This document shows, piece after piece, positions 39,783 to 51,356 of a stretch of DNA of 64,000 nucleotides. The stretch covers positions 36,928,886-36,992,885 of the forward strand of contig NC_069002.1 in the NCBI RefSeq assembly GCF_001194135.2, given 5' to 3'. Origin of the DNA: Octopus bimaculoides (Eukaryota). A model generated the notes under the pieces. It had not been told where the DNA came from and did no database searches. It worked only from the letters and a program-made list of their open reading frames with translations. The translations under genes were made by a program, and so were the position numbers. How positions within the stretch are numbered: the first letter of the stretch is position 1; each line of letters begins with the position of its first letter.

Positions 39783-41411
39783 TTCTTTAGGAGAAAACAG
39801 GAGGCGTTTACTTTACTGTGGTATCTTTATGTGTTAGATCAAGTGTAATGAAAGTGAGCAACTAAAGAGCCTGGCTAGCAAACAGTGCCAACCCTCACCC
39901 AGCCTCATGAGTGAGAGCACGCACACACACACACACACACATATATACAGAGTATACTTTTGTTGGGCTCAACTAAGCAAGGTGTAATACAACAGCCTGT
40001 AGCGTGAAAGAGAAAAACTAAGAACAGGCATAAAAGCCTAACGGACAAATTATATGACGGTAGTGGAGGATGTCAATGACCAACAAAATTCTAGCTACTA
40101 AAGAATCTAAAATTAGATTCATTAATGTAATTTTGTTTAGCTATTTTAAATCCCAGAACTACATAACACCGCTNNNNNNNNNNNNNNNNNNNNNNNNNNN
40201 NNNNNNNNNNNNNNNNNNNNNNNNNNNNNNNNNNNNNNNNNNNNNNNNNNNNNNNNNNNNNNNNNNNNNNNNNNNNNNNNNNNNNNNNNNNNNNNNNNNN
40301 NNNNNNNNNNNNNNNNNNNNNNNNNNNNNNNNNNNNNNNNNNNNNNNNNNNNNNNNNNNNNNNNNNNNNNNNNNNNNNNNNNNNNNNNNNNNNNNNNNNN
40401 NNNNNNNNNNNNNNNNNNNNNAGAGAGAGAGGGAGAGAGAGAGAGGGAGAGAGAGAGAGGGAAGATGGGGAAAAATATACATGCTTAAAATAATATACTG
40501 CACCTAAAATCATGTCCTTTTTCATACCAACAGAGAAACATTTCTGTAGACGACAATGTGGGCAGAATCTTCGAGTTCTTACATCTATCACACAATTACC
40601 TTGGAACAAACATCGAGTAGGCTGGAAGGAAAAGCAGAAGGAAAGCTTTTTAATCGATAAAATAGCTTCTTTTCTAATAATCTAAATAAAAATGTTAATT
40701 ATAATAACAACAATAACAATAATGATAACAAATAATAGATTTTCTTTTATTCAACAAAGGAGCATCAGATGAGGGGAACATTACAAAGGCATTTAATAAT
40801 ATGGGTGAGGAATACATAAAAAAATGAAGGGGGGAAAAAGGGAGAGGACAAGGCAGATGAGATAAAATGTATACAAAATATGTGAACATGAATAATGCAG
40901 TCCTCTAATAATAACAACATTAATAATAATAATCCTTTCTATTTTAGGCACAAGGCCTGAAATTTGTGGGGAGGGGACTAGGCGATTACATCGACCCAGT
41001 GTTTCACTGGTACTTAATTTATTAACCTCAAAAGGATGAAAGGCAAAGTCGACCTCTGCAGAATTAAAATGACAGATCTATCAGACTTTCAAAGAGGTCA
41101 AATTGTTGGTGCTCGTATGGCAAGCGCTAGCGTAACGAAAACAGCCGAAATGTTTGGTAAGTGGCACCAGCACGGGTGCTTTTATGGGGCACCAGCACCA
41201 ACAAACGCACAAAACTAGGATCTCTTGGCTGAGAGAGATGTAGAAGACATGACTATATGCCTGCACATCAATGGTTTCACTTAGCTTGGCATGTCTTCTC
41301 CTCAAGCACAGCAAAATGCCAGTCATCTCCTCTGTGAGGTTCAAGGTCTGAAGATACATTCCCACCACTTCGTCCCACATCTCCCTTCCAGAAGTTCCCT
41401 CCACACACTCT

Positions 41412-41447
<36 letters not shown>

Positions 41448-41767
41448 GGACAAACGCTAGGAGGAGAATCTACTAATTAATTAAATCAATATTGATGTCA
41501 AACTGAATATGGGATTAATAACATTGCCAAAGTTACTGTAGGAGGTAAATTAATTAAAACGAGAAGACTTCGTTAGATTTAGATACTGAAATGAAAGAGT
41601 TAGAGCAGATGTACTGATTATGAGTAGTTTGGATTAAGAGAAGAACAGTAAAGATATACAATATGCAGAAATGAAGAAGAAAATCAGAAAAGGGAGCTAC
41701 ACAGGAATCAAATATTAATCAGTGAACAAAGAGAGATTGATTAGTTTATTAAGGTAACAAGGAAAAT

Positions 41768-41801
<34 letters not shown>

Positions 41802-42408
41802 TTTATCTTTTACTTGTTTCAGTCATTAGAGTGTGGTCATGCTGGGGCACTGCCTAGAAGAATTGATAGTTGAAGGTATCAATCCCAATACTTTCTTTTT
41901 AAAGCCTGGTACTTATTCTATTGATCTCTTTTGCCAAACTGCTAAGTTATGGGGGACATAAACACACTGACAACAGTTCTTCAGTGGTGGAGGGGAGGGG
42001 GCACAAACACAGACACACACATATATGACGGGTTGTAATGGTTGTAATGCAAGCTTGTTAACCAGACAACAATCAAAATAAAAGAAATCCACCAACCTTG
42101 CTCCCTCTTGCGTTTCGTCGAAAGAAAGCCTTGCACGATTCACAGGTGACTGCATCAAAGTTGTAACCGAGGGCAACATCTCCGCAAACTCGACAACGTT
42201 TCTCATCTTTCAATTTCTTCTTCTTTATGTTGTTGTTGTTGTTGTTGTTGCTGTTGCTGTTACTGCTGTTGCTGTTGTTATTGTTGTTGTTAGTGTTGCT
42301 GCTGCTGTTACTGTTGTCGTCGATGTTCTCCTTTTTGCTTTGCAGCATTATAAACGACGTCCCAGACAGACTGGAGAACTGCACCTCTTCATAATCCTCT
42401 GTGCTCAT
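37241..42408 (-). CDS. NR1J: Nuclear hormone receptor, NR1J (HR96/DAF-12-like) group; 3 coding exons join(42408..42097,40621..40504,38184..37241), 1374 nt = 457 aa + stop
   Basis: GT-AG splicing keeps the frame (phase 0, then phase 1) and gives a canonical C-X2-C-X13-C-X2-C-X15-C-X5-C-X9-C-X2-C DNA-binding domain ([33 protein letters not shown]|[28 protein letters not shown]). The LBD has the signature [21 protein letters not shown] and the AF-2 motif PLMLEVL. The P-box ESCKA is characteristic of NR1J, whereas NR1I VDR/PXR/CAR have EGCKG. The start codon is uncertain: the first in-frame ATG is at 42408, but an acceptor at 42457/42456 implies an upstream exon. Confidence 0.93.
39294..39512 (-). 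mobile_element. piggyBac-type MITE in NR1J intron, inverse orientation to the 31479 copy
   Basis: TTAA|CCCATT ... AATGGG|TCAA. The reverse complement aligns by eye with 31479-31688 (ATGTTCAAAC, GATCYGGCCTC, CCTACAAT, AAATCTTGAAG, GATTAATTCAAA). Confidence 0.7.
40504..40621 (-). CDS. NR1J: NR1J-like coding exon 2 (second zinc finger, D-box, start of the C-terminal extension)
   Basis: Acceptor CTTTTCCTTCCAG|CCT, 118 nt, [39 protein letters not shown] plus one base G, donor TTAG|GTGCAG. Confidence 0.93.
41069..41160 (+). mobile_element. Tc1-like transposase N-terminal (HTH) fragment inside NR1J intron
   Basis: [30 protein letters not shown], matching the fish/invertebrate Tc1 N-terminus ([22 protein letters not shown]). 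Confidence 0.75.
42097..42408 (-). CDS. NR1J: NR1J-like coding exon 1 (A/B region with Asn/Ser tract, basic KKKKLK, first zinc finger, P-box); exon probably starts at 42456
   Basis: The reverse complement reads MSTEDYEE...[47 protein letters not shown], followed by donor AAG|GTTGGT (GT at 42096-42095). Acceptor TTGCTGTTTCAG|GAG lies at 42457/42456. The + strand from 42073 reads TCA AAA TAA, so the '+' label in the ORF track is wrong. Confidence 0.92.
42229..42315 (-). repeat. Coding trinucleotide tract (AAC/AGC/AAT) encoding 29 Asn/Ser/Thr residues in the NR1J A/B region
   Basis: [29 protein letters not shown] immediately before IKKKKLK and the DBD. Confidence 0.9.
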
Positions 42409-43249
42409 CAAACATTCCTTAATACTGATCTCGGGTGAAGCTTGTACGGCTAACTCCTGAAACAGCAATCAATGCAACAGAGATAACGAAAGCCAAATCA
42501 TAAGAAACTTTCCTGGCCATCTAATTTTCATCCATCAACTCACAAGACTATTTATTTATTTCTCTTTCTCTCTCTCTCTCTATGTATAAATATATAGGTG
42601 TGTGTATGTGTGTGTGTGTGCGTGTATTTATTATCTGTATACAAGAATGCTGTTGATGACGGTCTCAAAGTTTTGGTTAGCCAGGCCTTTATCAGACTGC
42701 CAAGAGTGGCTTGGCTGGCTGAAAATTCAAAGTCACTGTCAACAACATTGTATAAGAAAAATATAAATTTGTACTCTAAAGGATAGAGTAAGCCATCAGG
42801 CCAATGTAAAATTGCTTTTATTATAACAAAACAAAAATAAACATTTACATATAATAAACACACACACACGTGTGTGTGTCAGTGTTAAAATGGGGGTAGC
42901 TGATGAAGGAAAATGTTCTCTATGTGGCTTGTGTGTTTTCTGTACTCTGGTTATTATTATTTTCTTGTCTACGTTTTGTTTGCAATGTCCTGTACCCAGA
43001 TATGCACCTATATATACAGGTAGACGTAGGTATGCACATACCTGTATGTATATATGCATATACTCATTTATTATTTGTTATATATAAATATATATATATA
43101 TATAACAAATAATAAATGAGTATATGCATCCATTCATCCATCTATCCCCACATCCAAACTTACCTGCCCAACTCACCCATCTACCTACTTACCTACCTAT
43201 TACAGTGAACTTCTTCGTAAGAATATCTGCTGGATAATCTTTCTTAAAC

Positions 43250-44130
43250 AACCTCATTGTGAAAAATCTACTTGTGATATTTGCTGTGATAAACCTTCTT
43301 TTGGAATCATATATTGTGATATACCTATTTATGACCTCACCTTATGACATGATTTGCTGTCTGTAATAAACCTTCTTATGATATCTGTATTGTGAGAAAA
43401 CCTAATTATGGACAATATCTATTGCACTAAACCTTCTTACGACCATATAATATCATACTTTGTGACAGATCTACTAGGTAACATCCATTGTAATAAACCT
43501 ATGACATCATATATTGTGATAAACCTATGACATTGTATATTGTAATATACCTATGATGATATTTATTGAAATACACTTTCATATGACGTTACATGTTGGA
43601 TAAACTTTCATCAGCTGTAGTAAACCTTTTTGTGACATCTGTATTGTGATAAATCTACTCAGATGACAATATCTATTGTGATAAACTTGTAAAGGTTATC
43701 TCTGCAGATATTCTATAGAAATTATAGCCAGCACTGATTTTTGTTATGACATTTCGTATCCAGGAATGTAAAGTGTACTGCTAACAGAGTAGAACGTGGT
43801 ATTAACTCAATAAAAATGCTTAATATTTTATAACGAAATGCTGTGTTGCCTAACGAAATGCTGCATCCCTACAAATCTCATTAGTGTTGTGATAAACCTT
43901 TTCATGATCACATCTATTCTGATCATATTCCTTTTAACATCATACTTTGTAATAAATTCACTTCGACAACATTTACTGTGATAAACTTATTTATAAGAAC
44001 GTCTGATGAGATAAAACTTTTTATGGCGATATCTTTTGTGATATTTCCTATGACATCGTCTGCTACGGATGACAAAATTTATTGTGACAAATTTTCTGAT
44101 GGCATCCATTGTGATAAACCCACTTAAGAC
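43250..44130. repeat. Degenerate ~25-35-bp minisatellite (core TATTGTGATAAACCT..TATGAC), interrupted at about 43700-43880
   Basis: Seven exact TGTGATAAA copies counted by eye, plus many variants (TGTAATAAA, TGTGATATA, TGTGAGAAA, TGTGACAAA). Confidence 0.8.
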
Positions 44131-44262
44131 GACAATTAATTGACAACATAAAGTATATAACAGACACATCATTAACAATTGGGTCACTTGTGTCACATTC
44201 TAAGCCATACACCTGTATGTACACCTGACAGGTAAGTCGTTAAACCACAGTGACACATCATA

Positions 44263-44474
44263 CGAGGGGGTGCTGAAAAGTTCCTGGCTTTGGGTTATAG
44301 AAAATAGAGGAGGATCAATTAATTATGATTTTAATCAACATATTTCCCTCTCAGATTCACACACTTATTGCAGTGGTCCTTCAGTTTTTCTAAGCCCTGA
44401 AAAAAGAACTTGGAAGGTTAGCCTCCAACCAGGATTTCGCAATACCCTTAAAGCCAGGAATTTTTCAGCCCCCC
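44263..44474. mobile_element. Mariner-type MITE
   Basis: TA|CGAGGGGGTGCTGAAAAGTTCCTGGCTTT ... AAAGCCAGGAATTTTTCAGCCCCCC imperfect TIRs; the right end is degenerate. Confidence 0.75.
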
Positions 44475-45012
44475 CACCCCCCACCCATATGCTAATGAAG
44501 AGATTGCAAGTGAGAGATACCAATTGCCTTGATTGACTATAAACATATTCATTTATTATTTTATATCCTACATTTTGTGAACAATACTACAGTTGGTTAT
44601 AGGTTTCTCATCAGCCAATCACTGGTTCACTTCACCTTTCCTGATGTGGAAACATATTACAAAATAATACACACAACACCTTATGGTGTGTCAATGGTGG
44701 TTTGTTTCAATACTATACTGTGCTATAGTAAATAAGCTGTTTAGCCAACACTATATATATACATATTTATCTCTGTTTTTTTTTATTTTTATTTCTCTCC
44801 ATCTATTTTCTCGCCTTATTCCTTTCTGTAGAAGAGTGTATAAATGTGTGTGTGTGTGTGTGTCAAACAAAATATGAAAATCGTTTGGTCTTATTTACTC
44901 TTCATTACACATGTTTCATTTGCTAATAGGAATCACAAAGATTTGCATGTTACATAGACATGTAAAGAATTTCCAATTAGAAACTCTTCAGATAAAGAAT
45001 AATTACAATATG

Positions 45013-45053
<41 letters not shown>

Positions 45054-45134
45054 TATATATTTAGGTCATCAAGTATGAAATTAGTAGAAAAGAAAAAAAA
45101 GTTTGCTAATGTTTTATAAATACAAGGAATAGTT

Positions 45135-45389
45135 TTATTCATCAAAGTATGCACCCATATTGTCAATACCCTTTTGCCATTTCAGCAGTAGCATGTCCCG
45201 CCTGAAACTGTAAAAGCCTGGCAATCTAGAGTCAATAAAATCTTGGAACGCCTGTTTTACAGCGTCGTCGGAATTAAATTTTTTTCCTATCAAAAAGTTA
45301 TCCAAATTCTGGAAGAAGTGGGGGTAAGTGGGGGCAAGATAAGGTGAGTATGGTGGATGATGGAGAACTTCCAACTCCAACTCCTGTAG
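45135..45389 (-). mobile_element. Mariner transposase C-terminal remnant
   Basis: LEVLHHPPYSPYLAPTYPHFFQNLDNFLIGKKF...KWQKGIDNMGAYFDE*, a degenerate HPPYSPDLAPSD motif. Confidence 0.88.
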
Positions 45390-45409
45390 GCTCCAACCTG
45401 ATCTGGCAA

Positions 45410-46075
45410 TGTTTCTACAGCTGGATGCCCTTCCTAACACCAACCACTCCAAGAGTGTAGTGGGTGCTTTTTATGTGCCACAAGCACAGGATCCAGTCAG
45501 GCAGCCCTGGCATCGATCACGTTCAGACGGTGCTTTTTACATGTCACTGGCATGGGGGCCAGTGAGGCAGGCACTGGCCACAGCTATGATTTTGGTTTTA
45601 CTTGACTCAACAGGTCTTCTCAAGCATATCATATCGCCTGACGCATCAAGGGTACTCTTAAATGGGCCGGACATGCAACACTGGCATCGGCCATGGTTGT
45701 GATCTCACTTTAGTTGCTGGGTCTTCTCAATCACAGCATATCTCCAAAGGTCTCGGTCTCCTGTCATTGCCTTTGTGAGGACCAACGTTCGAAGGTCATG
45801 CTTCACCTCCTCATCCCATGCCTTCCTGGGTCTACCTCTTCCACAGGTTCCGTCCACAGTTAGGGTGTGGCACTTCCTCACACAGCTGTCCTCATCTATA
45901 CGTAACCTATGACCATACCAGCACAGTCATCTCTCCTGCACACCTGTATCAAATGCATGCTTCAGCAAAGATCTTTGTGCTACTCCAGCAGTTGCCCCTT
46001 GCATGTAAGAGGCCCTCTCCGTGCTACCTATGTCTTGTAAGGAAAAAGCAAGGCTGATACCGCTCAGCACAAGTG
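45410..46075 (-). mobile_element. RTE-type LINE 3' end (ORF C-terminus plus 3' UTR)
   Basis: GVQER*LCWYGHRLRIDEDSCVRKCHTLTVDGTCGRGRPRKAWDEEVKHDLRTL...EKTQQLK* (TGA at 45707-45705), with the WxGH and GRGRPRKxW motifs. Confidence 0.85.
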
Positions 46076-47678
46076 TTGTTGTCAGAACGCAGAGAACCAG
46101 AACTGATACTGAAAAATCCTTTCATCTAGCACAAATGATTCCACTAATTCACAGCTTTGGATTCTGGCATTTTTCCATATCAATGCTAATAAGGATGAAA
46201 GACCTAGCTAACAGCCTTCATGGGATTTGAACTCAGTGTGCAAATATTGCATAGAATCCTAACTGATATCCTAACTATTTTGCTCGGACTAAACAACAAT
46301 AACAGCAACATACACGTGCAGCAGATGAGTGTTTTCCTGCCTCCATTTCAATCAGAAAAAAATGAAAACAAAAAGAAGCCTTCCTCATTCTCATCAATCA
46401 TCATATTGTTTCTGCAGACTTGGAAGCTGCAATGTTTCTGGAACCGCATCAAGGCAGAGTTTACAGTTACCACATAAAATTTATAACAGAAAGAATTCAC
46501 AGACAGAATTTACAAGAGCTCACAGAACTTCCAAACAAGGCTCTGCAGATCACAGAAGAATAAAAGAACATTTTTCAGTCAGTCAGCCCCATCGTTCATT
46601 TGCCCAAATATATTCTCTAACTATAAAAACTCTTTTATCCTTGACCTTCACCTTCAATCATACAATGTTTCATGAACTCTATTGTTCTTGAGCTTCAACT
46701 TCAACCATACTTCATGTCCTGCTTTCAGGGATTCATTTTATGCTACAAGTTTAACAAACCAAACATAACAAAATACCTTGTGGTATTTGTTCCAGCTCAT
46801 TACATTCTGAGTTCAATTCCTGCCAAAGTCAACTTTGTCTTCCATCCTTTCAGAGTTCATAAAATAAAAGTACCAGTAAAATACTGAATTCAAAGTAATT
46901 AATTAACTCTTCTGACTCTCAAATTTCAGACCATGTGCCTATAGTAGAAAGGATTATCATCATCATTATTATTATTATTATTATTACTATTATTATTATC
47001 ATTATTATTACTAAGACGACAAGCTGGCAGAATTGTTAGCACACCAGGCAAAATACTTAGCATTTTGTCTTTATGTTCTGAGTTCAAATTCCACCATGGT
47101 TAACTTTGCCTTTCAAACTTTCAGGATTGATAAAATATGTACCAGTCAAACACTGGGGTCAATATTATCAACTTACCCACTCACCCAAACCTGTTGGCCT
47201 TGTACCAAGATTTGAAATAATAATAATAATCAATCAATCATCATCATTATTGTCATCATCTTCCTTATCATCATCATTTTCATCAATGCAGTGGTAGTGA
47301 TAGAAAGAATAGAGCAACTGATTAAACTCCTTGTGTTCAAAAGTTACATTCTGTTTGATTCCAAGTTTGAAGCTCACCAGTTTTCATCCTTCAAACTTCT
47401 AGGTAGGGAAGGGGAGGGGGACGCAATGAAATAAGCACTGGGATCAATATATAATCAATTGTGGAGACATAGAATGGCAGAAACTATGAAATAATAAGTT
47501 TCCAAAAATGTGTGACAGATTAACTTAAAAAGTTTGGCGAGTTATGGGTAACAACAAAACAGTAACAGTAATCTCTACATATGCACCACAACCAATGTGA
47601 TGACATGTGCATGTGTGTGTGTGTGTGTGTGTGTGTGTTTGTGTGTGTGTAAAAGAGAGAGATGGAGAGAGAGAGAGA

Positions 47679-47751
<73 letters not shown>

Positions 47752-47884
47752 ACCCCTTAACTGTCATCAAATAATTGCACCAACTTCCTTTCTTTTAGAA
47801 GCAGAAAACAGGCATCAAGCACAAGCCCCCACCACCACCACCACCACCCATTGAAAGCTCCCTTTTCCTGTCAGGCACAAAACT

Positions 47885-48120
47885 TCAGGGCTGCTACCAT
47901 CATTGTTCACACAATGAAATGATGGTCTGGAGAGATTGCAGAGAAAGTGAAGTGGAAGCAAATAGATGTTTGCTGTATGCAAAAAGTACCCTGGATGGGG
48001 TGGAGGGCCTCAACCAAACCCTTCATAGGCAAGGAACAAAGGTATAAATTTTGGATGAATAACATTGCTGGTTTGGGTGGAGTGGAGATATTGTTGCCAG
48101 AGAAATGGATAAATAAAAAG
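47885..48120 (+). mobile_element. Degenerate RTE-type apurinic endonuclease N-terminal fragment
   Basis: Frameshifted remnants of ...DVCCMQKV.W...GGVEILLPEKWI, resembling the D.CC.QE.RW ... GGVGILL.EKW pattern of RTE endonucleases. Confidence 0.55.
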
Positions 48121-48721
48121 TAAGTTTGTGTTTTAAGAGTGATACTTGATGCCTGCTAACAAAACATAGGCAGTGAATGTAGAAAATGTGCAAAGTTTAG
48201 ACAGAAACGTAGCCAGTATCCTTCATATTCTACTTGCATGATGTTATGTTAGGTATGTAATGTAAGTGTGCATGAACACAACAAAGCAGAAATGAGCTGA
48301 GAGAAGAACCAATGTGTAAGAGGAATCAAATGTGATTTGCAAGAGAAGAACTCTGGTGTGTACGGAGGATAAAAGATGCCTAGTGATCTAAATGAGAAGA
48401 ACCTCAACAGGTGAGGATGAGCAAGGAAGACATGGGAAGGAGTGGAAAAAGGCCAATTTTTAGAAGATGACACCGAACTGTAACAAGTAGCAAGTCACTG
48501 GTCCAGTGAATACTCCTCGAACCCATGCAATCATGGGGAGATGGATTTATGATGATGATGGTGGTGAGAGCACAAATGTGTTCTACCCATTTTTGTATAT
48601 GTTTAAGTGTCTCTTCTGCTGAAGATAAACTAGAACAATGCTGTGCTGATGAGAGCTATTGCAGTAGAAACATGCTTACAGATTTTATCCTCAAGACAAT
48701 CAGATGGTCTTTTCTTTATTG

Positions 48722-49043
48722 GGCCGTTGCCAGTACCGCCTGACTGGCTCCTGTAGGATTTTCGAGCGAGATCGTTGCCAGTGCCCCTGGACTGGCTTGT
48801 GCGGGTGGCACATAAAAGACACCATTTCGAGCGTGGCCGTTTTCGTGCGGGTGACACATAAAAGCACCCACTACACTCTCTGAGTGGTTGGCGTTAGGAA
48901 GGGCATCCAGCTGTAGAAACTCTGCCAAATCAGACTGGAGCCTGGTGTTGCCATCCGGTTTCACCAGTCCTCAGTCAAATCGTCCAACCCATGCTAGCAT
49001 GGAAAGCGGACGTTAAACGATGATGATGATGATGATGATGATG
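48722..49043 (+). mobile_element. CpG-rich (young-looking) RTE 3' tail copy
   Basis: Internal repeats GTGCGGGTGRCACATAAAAG, then GGCGTTAGGAAGGGCATCCAGCTGTAGAAAC...AGCATGGAAAGCGGACGTTAAAC(GAT)n. Same tail as 7790-7945. Confidence 0.7.
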
Positions 49044-50202
49044 TATGTCAGTTTTGGAAGATTCTTGATTCTTAAGATTATCCTCTTTTCTAGTTTGGAG
49101 TTGTCCAATTGCCACTGAATGGTTGGTTCACCCTCTCTGGAAGTGAAGATAATTTCAAGAAATCAGGAAATTATCGCATAAACTATTTACTATAACTTTG
49201 TCTTTGATTTTCAAATACAAACCATTTGCTATTTTGAGTCATTTCTGTAAGTTCAGTTTCCATTTCAATTAACTGCTATATACTAGCAGAGGAACCATTG
49301 AAAATGACAGGAATTAATTTTATTTCCTTTTGGTAAATTGTAATCTTTGTTTTAAGCCTTTTGATGTTTCAATTTCAGTTATTCCCATTCCTATTACCTC
49401 AAGCCTTGTTTAAGTCATCCTTTTGTGTTTCATGGTGTTGTCTATTCATTTCTTCTTTTCGATTCCCATCACATTTACTTCTTGTGACAATCTTCATCAT
49501 CCTTCCACCATTCAAGATGAAGTCCTTCACTCAAAATTTTCTTCACCTGAGTCTTCTGTTTCTTCCTGTCTCCTTTCACTCGCACTTTCTATCCATCTTT
49601 GCTCTTAAAACGTAGGATAGCTCCAGACCCCTCCTAATCAATCCACCTCATCACCTTCTTACTCTGAACCCCGCTTTCTCAATAATCCCTGACACTAATT
49701 CTCTGTTCCCAACCATATTCTCCCTACACATATCCTCTTGAAAGAGGCAACTGCAGAGGCATCGAACTGATGGACCGAGTTATGAAATGAAATGAAAGTG
49801 TTGAAGCACACCTAATTAGGAAGAAACGTAATCTAAAGGAGATGCAGTTTGGTTTGAGCCAGGACCAGGTACTACGGATATTGTTTCTCAGCTATAAAAA
49901 CATGTTTGACTTTGGAGAAATATTACCATGCTTCGAAACAGGCAATGGTTGGTGATAGAATATTGAACCATGAAAAATTTTCTTCAATAAATTCTGATTC
50001 ATATAAGCATGGAAAAGTGGACATTGAAATGATGATGATGATGATGATGATAAAGATGAGGAGGAGGACGACGAATAGTAGAACTACAAAGAGGTTCTTA
50101 GAATAGCACCTTATTCCCATCTGCTTAATAGTACAGAAAGTAAAAATAAGCACCTCTTCTCTTGAAGATTATTAAAATTTGTGAAATGGCACGTCATGAT
50201 GA

Positions 50203-50293
<91 letters not shown>

Positions 50294-51056
50294 CGTGCGC
50301 ATGTGTGTGTGTGTGTGTGCGTGAGCGTATGTCTGTGTGTGTGTTAGCATGTGCACGTTTACACAATTACTCTATGAAAGCATCTCTAGTAAAATATATA
50401 TACATACATTTCTTCTGATATTATTAAAGTGTTTCTTCTAGAAAATCAACTACTCAGTAGCAAGATTATAAATAAAATTCAAACAAAAAAAGAAAAAAAG
50501 ATTATATGAATCTCCTCTACTTTCTGATGTTCTTTCCGCAGCCATTCACCAATTATTGATTATCTGTTTTGGTATATGGCACCACATTATGGACATCACT
50601 CCAGAGCAATTTAGATATTTTGGGAAGTCTTCAGAGAATCCTTGGAGTATCATAAATCAAACTGACTTTTACTAGCAGACCGTTTCTAAATTAATTCAGA
50701 AAATGGTAAAGCTAATTTGGTCATCTAAGTTGAAAGACTTATGCAAAGATGCTCTGTAAACTATAAACACATTTCTGGCCACAAGAATGAGAAATATTCA
50801 AAAGAAGCACGAAAAAGGAGCACTTGGCAGAAAATTACCCCCAAATTAAAGATGATACTTAATGATATTGAATACCTGGTTAAATATGATAGAGGGACAA
50901 AATCAGGTGTCTTGCTATGGAGGAGATACAATGCTACCCTACATTATATGGGTGGGAAGGACTAATTGAGAAGATGTAGATAAAGAAAGAAAGGAAAATT
51001 GTCCCTGAAAAACTGGCACCTGGTACCTAACAAACATTTGAAGATTATTATTTTTT

Positions 51057-51356
51057 TTTATTTGTTTCAGTCATTTACTGCGGCCATGCTGGAGCACTGC
51101 CTTTTAATTGAACAAATCAACCTCAGGACTCATTCTTTACAAGTGATAGTAGGGGGGACAGATGCACAAACATACATACACACACATATATATATATATA
51201 TGACAGGCTCCTTTCAGTTTCCATCTACCAAATCCACTCACAAGGTTTTAGTCGGCCCGAGGCTATATTAGAAGACACTTGCCCAAGGTGCCACGCAGTG
51301 GGAATGAACCCAAAACCATGTGGTGGTAAGCAGCTACTTACCACACAGCCACTCCT
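51057..51356 (-). mobile_element. Near full-length tRNA-derived SINE (family A)
   Basis: The minus strand begins AGGAGTGGCTGTGTGGTAAG (A-box-like), then GGGTTCATTCCC (B-box-like) and a CORE-like GCACCTTGGGCAAGTGTCTT. Partial copies are seen at about 355-780, 10560-10720, 12080-12450, 39527-39780, 41800-42030, 53500-53710, 54290-54470, 54790-55010, 60180-60465 and 62335-62645. Confidence 0.8.

Noticed and set aside
37241-42408. Calling the gene VDR/PXR/CAR (NR1I)
   Set aside because: The P-box is ESCKA, not EGCKG, and the C-terminal [11 protein letters not shown] is HR96-like.
42073-42468. ORF track label '+' for the zinc-finger ORF, which would imply a strand-split or inverted gene
   Set aside because: The + strand has a stop at the third codon. 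The listed peptide is the reverse-complement translation, so all exons are collinear on the minus strand.
43250-44130. CRISPR-like array
   Set aside because: The units are degenerate and irregular with no unique constant-length spacers, there are no cas genes, and the context is eukaryotic.
51290-51356. tRNA genes suggested by A-box and B-box motifs
   Set aside because: Each is the head of a multi-copy SINE and continues into SINE body sequence; no cloverleaf is evident.
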